From assembly GCA_035532215.1 (NCBI GenBank), contig DATKRK010000416.1, positions 13,183-77,182 of the forward strand: a stretch of DNA of 64,000 nt, in the 5' to 3' direction. This document shows positions 26,201 to 38,200 of this stretch, piece by piece (positions within the stretch are counted from its first letter, which is position 1; every line of letters starts with the position of its first letter). The translations under genes and the position numbers were made by a program. The notes under the pieces are model-generated. The model searched no databases, was not told the DNA's origin, and saw nothing but the letters and a program-made list of their open reading frames with translations. This DNA is from Pirellulales bacterium. Its GTDB lineage: Bacteria > Planctomycetota > Planctomycetia > Pirellulales > JAICIG01.

Positions 26201-29200
26201 GCAAACGTTCGTAGTCAACGACGGCACGTACGCCGTGACGTTCGAATTCTCGGTCAACGGCGGCGCCGTCTCCGCCGGCAACATCGCGGTCTCCGTGCAA
26301 TCGACCGACACGGCCGCCCAGGTGGCCCAGGAAATCTACAACGCCATTTTAGGCGCCGAACAAGGCGGCTATTTGACGCTCGGCCCCTCGTTTGCGCCGC
26401 CGGCCACGGACAGCGATTTCGTCGACGTGACCGGCGCCGCGTTCGTCGACGTCAAGAACGCTCCGGCGCTGTTGGCGGGCACGAAGATCGTGCGGGTCGT
26501 GGGCAACATCGGCGCCGACAACAGCCTGGGCGTGCCGATCAATCCCCAGCCCAGCGTGTCGACCTTGGCGCCGTCGGGTTCGGCCGGGCAAACGTTCAGC
26601 ATCGCGGCGGGAACGCTGTCGCTCGTCTTCGAGTTCACGCAGGATCCGACCGCAACTCCCGGCAACCTGCTCGCCGACGGCAACTATGCGGTGGCGCTCG
26701 CTCCGGGCGCCTCGGCGCAAGACATCGCCAATGCCATGGCCGCGGCCATCAACGCTTCGCCGCTGGCTCAAGCGGACGGCGGCGCCGTGGCGGCGAGCGT
26801 GACGGGCGACGCCGTCGCGTTTCGCGTGAATTTGACGGGCGTCGGCCAGATCGCGATCAACGCCCAAAATACTCCCTCGCTGATCGCCGCCTCGAACGCG
26901 CAGCCCTACGAGATTGGCTACGACCAATTCACGCACCAGCCGCTGGCCGACGGCGGCGATTTGAACGTGCCTCAGGGCGTGACATTGATGATCGACGCGG
27001 GCGCCGTTTTCAAGATGGAAGGCGCCAACCTCAACGTGGGCCTCAATTCGCCGAATATCGATCGCAGCGGCTCCGCGCTGCAAGTGTTGGGCGCCCCGAG
27101 CAGCTCCGTCTACTTCACGTCGTTCCACGACAACCAACTCGGCGGCATTACCGATAACGTCACCGCCCCGTCGCCGGGCGATTACGGCGGCATCGTGTTT
27201 CACCAGCATTCCGACCTGGAAAGCCAGGGCATTTTCCTGAACACGGTCAATCACGCCAACATCCGCTATGCCGGCGGAACGGTCATCGTCGACGGCGTTC
27301 CGGCGGTCTACAACCCGATCTACCTCGACGGCTCGCGGCCCACGATCGACTACAACACGATCACGCTGAGCCACGACGCCGCAATGTCGGCCGACCCCAA
27401 CAGCTTCCAAGAGACGATTTTCGGCAGCTCGGCCTACGACCCCGCCTCGATCAATCCCAGCATCGGCCCGTACGTCGCCGATTACAACCGCACCGGGCCC
27501 GATATTCATGGCAACCTGTTGTCGGCCGTGGTCCCCGGCGGAATGGCGATCGTGACGCCCGACGCCAGCCAGATCATTGCGGGCGAAACGTTCCTCGTGG
27601 AAACGATCGACGGCAGCGGCAACACGAGTTACGCGACGTTCGAGTTCACGACCAGCTCCGCGTCGATCGTCAATGGCAAGCTCGCCGACGGGAACTGGGC
27701 CGTGTTGTTCAAGCCCGGCAACCCGGCGCAGAACATCGCGGGCGACACGGCGCTGCAAGTCGCGACTGACATCGCCGACGCCGTCAATGCGGCCGGCATC
27801 GCCGGCGTGAGTGCGACGGTTCGCACGGTCACGTCGTCGGACGGAACGACGGCTCAGGAAGCCGTTTTGGCGGGGGTTTCCAAGATCGAACTCCCCTCGT
27901 CGCGAACTTTCAACGCGCCGACCGGCCAGTCGATCGTCGACGGCCAGACCTTTACGATCGTCAACCCCGTCAGCGGGTCCGACACGGTTTTCGAATTCGA
28001 CAATACGGGGGCAGTCGCGGCGGGACACGTCGCCGTGCCGTTCCTGGCGTCCGATTCCGCCACGGCCCTGGCGGGCAAAATCGCCGCGGCGATCAACGGC
28101 TCCAGCACTGGCGTAGGCGCCATTGCTTTGGGCAACGTCGTTATGTTGACTTCGGTGCCGAACATCGCGGTGTCGACTACAGGCTCGGTGATCGCCGGCC
28201 TACAGTCGCTCACAGTCCCCAATGGGAATCTGCTTACCGCAGGTTCAACGTTCTCCATTACCAACAAGAGCAATGGGGCTATTACGGTCTTCGAGTTCAC
28301 GACCAACGCCGCGTCGGTCGTCAACGGCAAGCTCGCCGACGGCAACTACGCGATTGTATACGCCTCCAGCGATCAGGCGGCGACGATCGCTGCCGCAGCG
28401 GCCGCCAAAGTGAACGATCTCGGCTTGGGCTTTGCGGCGATCGCTTCCGGCGCCAATATCGTGCTGACGGGCCTCTCGGATTTCCGCTTCGCTTCGCCCC
28501 TCTCGCTGGATTCGTCGATCGTCGCCAACACGGTAAACGGTCTGTTCGTCCGCACGCAAAACGTGCAAGGGCAGACGCCGGAAACCCTGGACGTCGCCGC
28601 GAGATTCACGGCGACCGACATCGTCTACGTGATCAGCGACAACCTGGTCATTCAAGGCAATCCGGGCGGCCCGGTCGGCAGCACGCCGCGAATCGCCGGC
28701 CGGCTGGCCATCGATCCGGGCGCGATCGTAAAATTGCTCGGCGCCCGGATCGAGGTGCAAATGGGCGCCAACCTGATCGCCGAAGGCGACGCCAACCAAC
28801 AAGTCGTGTTCACGTCGTTGCACGACGACAGTTTTGGCGCCGGCGGCACGTTCGACACCGATGGCGACAACTACAAACTTTCGGCGCCGCCGGCCGTGGC
28901 GCAGCCGGGCGATTGGTCGGGAATCTATTTCGCGCCGACCTCGCGCGGCAGTCTCGATTACGCGAGACTGGCCTATGGCGGCGGAAGCAGTTCGATTGCC
29001 GGCGGGACCGACAATTTCGACGCCATTGAAATCCGCCAGGCGCAGGTCCGAATCGCCGACAGCACGATCGCAAACAACGCCGCCGGCCTGGCGACGACGC
29101 CCACCCGCGACGGCCTGCTGGCGAACGACAGCGCCGCGATCTACGTGCTGGGCGCCCAGCCGACGATCGTCAACAACGTGCTGCTCGACAATTACGGCGC

Positions 29201-32200
29201 CGCCATCAGCATCAACGCCAACTCGCTCACCAGCGACGTCATACCCGACCCTGGCCGCAGCACGGGCGCCATCCAGCAGTACGCCCAGTTCGACGACAAT
29301 CGCGGGCCGCTCGTGAGGCTGAACCGCATCGGCAACATCGAAAATCGTCCGGCAATCAACGGCATGCTGGTTCGGGGGGCCACGCTCGACACTTCGTCCG
29401 TCTGGGACGACACTGATATCGTGCATGTGGTCGAGAATCAGATTTCCGTGCCCAACGTCGATTCGCGAGGCGGCTTGCTGCTCGAAAGCAGCGCCTCGCA
29501 AAGCCTGGTCGTCAAGCTGCAAGGCGACAACGCGGGCTTCACCGCAACGGGTACGCCCTCCGATATTCAGAATCGCATTGGCGGTTCCGTGCAAGTCGTC
29601 GGCACGCCGGGACATAATGTGATTCTAACCTCGCTGCTGGATACCACGGCAGGGGCCGGTTTGACGCCTGGCGGGCAGCCACAAAACGATACGAACAATA
29701 CGGGCGTGGGGACGCCTGCCGATACGCCGCCCACTTTCCCGCCGTCCGGCGGACAGCTTACTGTTACGCCTTCGAACAACGCGGCGGCGCTGGTGAATTC
29801 CATGCTGTTGCGGCCGCTTCCCTCTGGAGTCACGGTGGCCGGCACTAACTATGTCGGCGGAGCGACCGAGGCTGGGACGTACATCAACGGCGACGGAGTG
29901 CCGCTGCAAATCCCGCAGAAGGGCGCCATCCTGACGACCGGCATCGCCCAAATTCCCGCGCAAAACACGAGCACCGACTTCGGAGCCGACCTGGGACTGC
30001 CGGGCGATCCTAGACTTTCAGCGTTGATCGGCGGCACCCCGACTTACGACGCGTGCGAGTTGACGTTCACCGTCAACGTCGATCCGTCTTCGTCCATCAA
30101 GTCGGGCATTTTCGAGTTTCAATTCGGCAGCGACGAGTATCCAGAGTTCGTTGGCTCTTTCAACGACGTTCTGGCCGGCTTTATCGACGGGTCGCCCACG
30201 TCGAACTTTTTGCACGATTCAAAGGGCAATCTGGTGTCGGTGAATAGTGCTTTCTTCGACATCAATAATAACGTTCAATTGCCGGCCAAGTCGCCGCTCA
30301 ACATTGAATACGACGGCATGACTTCCGGGCTCAGAGCGTCGTTCCCTCTGCACTCCGGATTGAATACGATCACGATCGCGATCGCCGACGCCCTGGACGG
30401 AATCCTTGATTCCGGCGTTCTCATGACGGATCTGCACTTCAGCACGCAGAGCGTTGGGGCGGGCGGCGTCACACGCGCGGGGGCCTCGTCGGGCCAGTGG
30501 AACAGCATCACGCTGGACCAGAATTCCAACGATACCAACGTCGCCGTCGTCAACGAAGCCGAACCGGCGAATACCGGCGGCGTCGATACGAACGGCACGG
30601 TCGCCACGGCGCAAAACTTGGGCGTGATGGCGCCGAACATGAAAAGCGGCGACGACACCGAGCGCTTGGGCTTCGTGGTCAATGGCGCGATCAGCCCGAA
30701 CGCTCCGGGCGACATGGACATGTATCGCTTCCAGGCGCAGCCGGGCACGCAAGTTTGGCTCGATATCGGCAACACTTCGCCGGGCTTGGACACGGTGCTC
30801 GAACTCGTCGACGCCAACGGCACCGTGCTCGCCCGCAGCGACAACTCGGGCCAAGAGGCCGCCAACCCCGCGTTGTTGCAGGCGGAATTGCCTGGCAATC
30901 TGGCGCAAACCATGCCGGCCGATACGCTGCTGCACGGCCTTTACGATCCGAACAGCGCCGCCGATCCGGCGCTGCGCGACCTGAACTCCACGAATCCCTA
31001 CGACGCCGGTTTCCGCCTCGTGTTGCCGGGCACGCTCAATCCGAGTCAGCCGCTGAACAACTATTACGTCCGCGTGCGGAGCCGCGGCGCCGATTCGCAC
31101 TACAACGACCTGGGCAAGGGCCTGAGCAGCGGCGTCTATCAACTGCAAGTGCGGCTGCAAGAGCAGGAGGCGTTCCCCGGCTCGACCGTCCAGAACGCCG
31201 ACATTCGCTACGCCACCAACGGCATCCAAGTCATCGGATTGCCCGCTCATTCTCCGCTGATCGCCGAGGCGGGCTCGAGCCAGGCGGCTCACAACACGAT
31301 GGCGACGGCCCAAGATCTCGGCAACTTGCTGACCACCGACCGCAACGCGATCGGAGTGAGCGGCAACCTCTCCTCCGGCACGACGCAGGACTGGTACAAG
31401 TTCGAATTGAACTACAACCTGGCCCAGGTGATCGCCGGGTTGAACAGCGGGGACAAAACGTTCGCCACGATGTTCGACATCGACTATGCCGACGGCCTGG
31501 CGCGCCCCAATACGACGCTCTCCGTTTTCGATGCCGCCGGCAACTTGATCTACGTCGGCCGCGACTCGAACATCGGCAACGATCAGCCGCTGCCTGGGCA
31601 AAGTTCGACCAGCGCCTTGACGGATCTGACGCGCGGTTCGGCGGGCCAGCTCGATCCGTTCGTCGGCACGGTGCAATTGCCCGCCGGACCGACGCGGACC
31701 TATTACGTCGCGATCAGCTCCGACGCCACGCTGCCCACGGCGCTCAACGCCACGTTCGTCAAGGGCGCGGCGCAGCCGCTGATCCGGCTGGAACCGATCG
31801 ACTCGCTCAACCGCATCGTCGAAGATCACATCGGCAGCCAGGGCGGACAAACGGCGCAGGATCCCAAGTCGCTCACGGCCGCCTTCAACGGCAACACCAG
31901 CAGCCAGGCTGGCATCGATCAGCTCAACAGCTCGGCCACGCCCTTTTCGCTGTCGGACGTGACGCTGTTCGTCGACCAGGCCGGCAACAACGGCCACTTG
32001 GAGACGGTCAACCCGTTCACGGGCCAGAGCGAAACCGACATCAACCCCGTGCCTAGCAGCGGTTCGGGCTACGGCGACATTGCGATGCGCAACGACGGCC
32101 AGTTGTACGGCTTTTCGTTGGGCACGATCAGCGCCGGCGGCGGCAACTACAACCTGATCGATACCGGAACGGCCGCGATCAACACGCAAGGCAACGGCGG

Positions 32201-35200
32201 CATCGTCACGTATGCTTTCAACAACGCCAACCCGCCCGTGCTGACGGCGAATAACACCGGCGTGCAAATCAACGCCATCGCCTTCGATCAATCGGGCGGC
32301 CCCAACAATCGGCTGTTATTCGGGGTGGGCAGCTATGCCGGCGGGAACGGCGTGTCGGGCTTTGCCAACGGCCTGTACGAATTCAATCCCAACACGGGCG
32401 CGGTGCTGGGCGCGACGGGCAACGCCACGAACCCGACCGATCCGCCCCCCAAAATCCTCAACCTGCTGGGCGGCCCCGGCGGGCAAATCACCGGCATGGC
32501 GTACGTGAACGGCACGCTGTACGCCGTGACCAGCCTGGGCGGCTTGTTCGTGATCAACAATCCGCAGGGCAACGCCTCGGCGACGTACGTCGGCACGGCG
32601 ACCGCGCTGGCGGGCGTGAACTTCACCGGCTTGACGGCCGGTCCGCCCGACGTGGCAGGCGGCAAATACGCCAGCGATCTGTTCGCCACCGACGCCAGCG
32701 GCAAGCTGTGGAGCTTCGACACCGCAGGCATCCTGCAGAAGGTGTTCGCCAACGGCGCGGCGAGCATTTCGCTGGGCGCGACCAATCTGGTCGGGCTGGC
32801 GTTCTCGACGCTCGATTACAACTTGTGGCACGTGACGAACCATCGCGGAACGGACGCAGGCCACGGCATCAACGTGGCGCCCGACCAGAGCCGCGATCCC
32901 GCTTCGGCCAACCAACCGCAGGCCGGAAATACGAGCTTTTACTTCGGCCTCGAGGCGCCGCCGAGCGCCGATCCGAATTCGCTCAACGCCAATTCGCAGC
33001 CCGACGCGGGCAACTACGCCACCAACCCGAGCGTTTATCACACTTATAACTTGCCCGGCGGCGCACAAGGCAGCCTGGTCAGCAACTCCTTCAGCCTGTC
33101 GAACTACACGGCCGGCGACAAGCCGACGCTGTATTTCAATTACTTCCTGGACACGCAGCAAGCCAGCGCTACGCCCGCCGATCCGACCGGCATGCGCGAC
33201 AGCGCCCGCGTGTTCGCCTCGGTCGACGGCGGCAAGACCTGGCAAATGCTCGCCACCAACGATCCCGAAGTTCCGACTTCGAACACCGACCCGAACGGCG
33301 AATTGCCCAGCTATCAGAGCGCCAGTTCCAACACGGGTTCGGGCGATCCCCGGCAGCAGGTGCAGCAGTTGTTCGACGGTTCGGGAAGCTGGCGCCAAGC
33401 CCGGGTCGACCTGGGCGCTTACGCCGGTTACAGCCATATTCAGTTGCGGTTCGATTTCAGCACCGCCGGCTCGATGGGCCAAGGCTTGCCGGGCGACAAT
33501 TTCGGCGATCCGACGAGCCCCCAGCGCGGTCAGAACAACGCGCACGAGGGCTGGTACGTCGACGACATTACCGTGGGCTTCGCCGAGCGCGGCGAGATGG
33601 TCACCGGCGCGACGGCGAACTCGACGTTCTTCACCGTGCCGCAGAACCAGAACGTCGGCGCGCCGCAACAGATTCTGAGCGGCCCTTATCAACTGGAAAT
33701 TCGCCAAGGCACGAGCTACGCACAAACCGTCAATCCGCTGACGCCCGACATCACGCTGACCCAATCGTTCGACACCAACGACCGGCTCGCCAGCGGCTTC
33801 ACGATCATCGCCCCGGCGGGCTCCGCCGTCACGGATGGAGAAACCTTCACGGTCGGCGACGGCGTCCATACCGTGACGTTCGAGTTCGATAACGACAACA
33901 GCCTGCAGCACGCCGGGGACGTGGCCGTGCCCTTCCAGTCCTCGTACACCCAGGCGCAAATGGGCGCCGCCATCGCCGCGGCCATCAACGCCAATTTGAC
34001 GTTGAAGGGCGTGACGGCCGGGACGGTCGACAATTCCGTGCTCAATTTGACCGCTCCGACGGGCGCCTCGCTCACCGACGGCCAGACATTCACCGTCGCC
34101 GACCAGTCGGGCCACAGCGTGGTTTTCGAATACGACAGCAACGGCAGCGTGCAAGCCGGACACGTCGCCGTGCCATTTGCGCTTACGTCGACCTCGGCCG
34201 ACGTCGCCGCCAGCATTTCCGCGGCCATCAGCAACGCATCGTCGCTCGTCGGCCTGAACGTCAACGTCATCGCAACCGGTTCGACGAGCCTCGTGGTTGT
34301 CGGCGGCGTGGCGTCGAGCACCGTCACGGGCGATCGCGTGGAAGTGTACGGCGCGGCGGCGGTTTCCGCGATCAACGCCGTGCAAGGCAATATTTCCGTT
34401 TCCTTCAACAATCCGTCGACCTCGACGACGAACGTCAACCACGGCTCGGTCTCGGAGAACGGCGGCACGACCTCGATTTGGGTCGCCAGCAGCGCGCCCG
34501 CCGGAAACCAGACGACCGTGACGCTCAGCGCGATCGATCTGGCCAAAGCCGCGGGGATCAACCCGCCTTTGAGTTCGAACGTCTCGTTCCAGTACAACAG
34601 TCAGTCGGGTCCGTCGATCGCGCTCACGCTCACCGGCGGTCAGCCGCAGTTGGTCGTAGTGACCGGCTTGCCGCAAATGGGCGCCAACAACCAGCCGCTC
34701 GCCGACGGTCCCCAAGCCGTGGAACTCGTCGCTACGGCCGCCGGCTACAGCAGCAACAGCGCCACGATCGACGTGACAGACGATCCGACGCTGCTGCCGG
34801 CGCTCGGCGTCACCATCGACTCGCCCAAATCGATCGCGGAGAACTCGGCGACGCCGATCGAGGCGACAATCACCTTGAACACGCCGCCGCTCGATCACGA
34901 TCTGACCGTGAACGTGCAAAGCCTGAATCCGGGCGCCGCCGCGACCCCCGCCGTCGTGACGATTCCGGCCGGCCAAACCTCGGCGACGTTCCCCATCACT
35001 GCCGTCGACAACAACGTAATCAATCCGGGCGGCAAGCAAACCGCCGTGATCCTGGCGACGGCCGCGGGCTACCTCGGCGGCAGCGACACGCTGACCGTTC
35101 TCGACGACGGCGATGGCCAGATTCCGTTCAACTCGGCGCCGACTTATCTTCCGCAGGGCCCTTCGCACATCATCAACGGGCAGGCGGAGAACGTGCCGGA

Positions 35201-38200
35201 CCCGGCTAATTCCGGCGCCAGCAACCCGGTCGAAGGGTCGATCGAAACGGTGCTGGCCAACCCGTCGAACCCCAACGTGGTCTACGTGGGCACGGTCAAC
35301 GGCGGCATTTGGAAAACGACCGACGCCATGGCCGCCGGCGGTCCGACCTGGACGCCGCTGACCGACAACATGCCTTCGATGTCGATCGGGGCCTTGCAGT
35401 TCGATCCGACCGACGCCACGCACCAGACCTTGATCGCCGCCATCGGCCGCTTCAGCAGCTTCGCCTTCGCGGGCGGCACGCTCGACGGCCTGCTGCGCTC
35501 GACCGACGGCGGGCAAACTTGGACCCAGATCGATCCGGGCGGCTTCTTCAATGGCAAGAATTTGACCGGCGTCGCCGAACGCGGCCAAACGATCGTCGCC
35601 ACCGACAACGGCTTCTTGGGCGGCAACGGCGGCTTGTACGTGAGCAGCGACGGCGGCGCCACGTTCACGACCGTTTCCGGCACGCCGAACAGCGGTTTGC
35701 CCGACGGGCGCGTCACCGATCTGGTGGCCGACCCGAACGACAACAATCGCTTGTACGCCGGCGTGCTGGGCTCATCGGGCGGCATTTTCACGAGCACCGA
35801 TCGCGGGCAAACCTGGAACAACATCACGCCCTCCGGATTGACGCTGAATTCTTTCCCGTTCAATGACAACATCCGCATTGCCGTCTCGGCGACCGCGGGA
35901 AGCCCGGTCTATTTCGGCTACGTCAACAACGGGCATTTGGCCAATCTCTACCGCTCGGGGGATTTCGGCACGACTTGGCAGGCGTTGGACTTGCCCACCA
36001 CCAACGAGAACGGCACCACCGAAGGCTTGCAGCCGGGCGCTGGAGACGAGAATCCAGGCGGTCAAGGCGTGATCCATTTTTCAATCGCCGCCGACCCGAC
36101 GAATCCCGATTTGGTGTACGTGGGCGGCGACCGCCAGCCGGGGCCGGGCGATGGTTCGGCCACGTTCCCCAACTCGTTGGGCGCGCTGAATTATTCAGGA
36201 CGCTTGTTCCGCGGCGACGCATCCAAGCCCAGCGGCAGCCAATGGACGTCGTTGACCCACGTAGGCACGGCGAGCGACAGCGCTCCGCACGCCGACTCGC
36301 GCCACCTGACGTTCGACGGCAACGTGTTGCTGGAAACGGACGACGGCGGCATTTACATGCGGACCAGCCCGCAATCGTCCAGCGGCGACTGGTTCTCGTT
36401 GATCGGCAACCTGCAGGTCAGCGAATTGCACAACATCGCCTACGACACGAACACCAAGACGATCATCGCCGGGGCCCAGGACGTCGGCACGCCGGAGCAA
36501 TTGCCGGGCAGTACGACCTGGAACGACTTCGCGCAAGGCGACGGCGGCGACGTAGCGGTCGACGACAGCAACGCGGGCTATTCGATTCGCTATGCCAGCT
36601 ATCCGGGCCTCGGCGGCTTTTCGGCCACGACCTACGATGCCAACGGCAATCAAATCGGCCAGACCTCGTACCCCTCGTTGATCGTCAACGGCGCCGGCGG
36701 TCAGGACATTTTTCAGTACGACGTCGGCTTGCCGTTCGTCACGACATTCAAGCTCAACGCCATTGATCCGACGCGGATGGTGTTCGGCGGCGGCAGCGCC
36801 GTCTACGAATCGCTCGACGACGGCAATACCGTGACCAGCTTGGGCGTCGGCGGCATACCAGGCGGAATTTCGGGCGCGGCGATGGCCTATGGCGGACGGA
36901 TCGTCGATCAGTTCGGCAACGTGGCCAACAATCCCAACGTGCTCTGGGTCGGCGCCGGCAACCAGGTGTTTCTGCGGACCACGGCCGGCGGGCCGTTGGT
37001 GCAGTCGAACTACACGGGCGGAACCGTGACCAGCCTGGCGATCAACCCCAACAATTGGCAGCAGGCCTTCGTCACCGACGCCAACGGTCATGTCTGGATG
37101 ACCACCGACCAAGGCGCCAGCTTCATCGATATCTCGGGACCGGCGGGCGGCGCCACTTCGTTCACCACGTTGACGAGCGACCCGCACAGCGTGGCCTTCG
37201 TGCCGGGCTTGACGAGCGGCACGCTGTTCGTCGGCGGCATCGACGGAGTCTATTCGACGCCCATCGGCAGCAGCGGCGCCTCGGGCGCCTGGGCGCGATA
37301 CGGCCAGGGCCTGCCGCACGTGCCCGTCTACGGCTTGGAGTACGTGCCGAGCCAGCAATTGTTGGTGGTGGGCACGATGGGGCGCGGCGCCTTCTTGACG
37401 AATGCGCTCGGGGCTTCGGGCAACCTGAGCGTCACCGTCAACGGCGCAAAGCAGGTCAGCGACGACTCGAACGTGCTGACTCAGGAGCTGACGATCACTC
37501 GCAACGGCTCGTCCGGCGATTTGACGTTCTCGCTGACCTCGAGCGACCCGACGCTGGCCTCGGTTCCGGCAACCTTAACGATTCCCGACGGCAAGTCTTT
37601 AGTGTCCGTCGACGTAACGATCTCCGACAGCGCCGTCGCCCAATACCCGGCCACGGTCGTGTTCACGGCGTCGGTGGGCGGGCTGAACAGCATTTCCGAC
37701 AGCCTGGACGTCGTCCCCAACGGCGACGACAGCAGCGGTTCGAGCACGCCGACGGACGCGGATACCCCGTCGCTGACGGTCAGCATTCCGCCCGGCTCGC
37801 AGGTTCAAGCCGACACGGGCGTCAATTCGGTGGTCGCCACGGTCACGCGCAACAGTCCGACGACCTATCCGCTGACGGTGTACTTGCTGAGCAGCGATCC
37901 GAGCGAGGCGTCGGTTCCGGCCACCGTCGTGATTCCGGCCGGACAGACGTCGGTCAGCTTCGTGGTCGGCGCGGTCGATCAGTTTGCCGGCGACCTTTCG
38001 CGTCTGATCACGATCACCGCGGCGTCCAGCGGCTTCGTCAGCGGCTTGGATTCGCTGACCGTGAATCCGGCGAAGCATATTTTGTCTTACGATCGGCTGG
38101 GAGATCCCAACCTGCTGCGGCAGCAAGGGCAGGTCGTATTGCAGGACAACAAGATCTCCTCTTCGCTCGACTACGGCATCGTGGTCGAGGCGGCGCCTCG

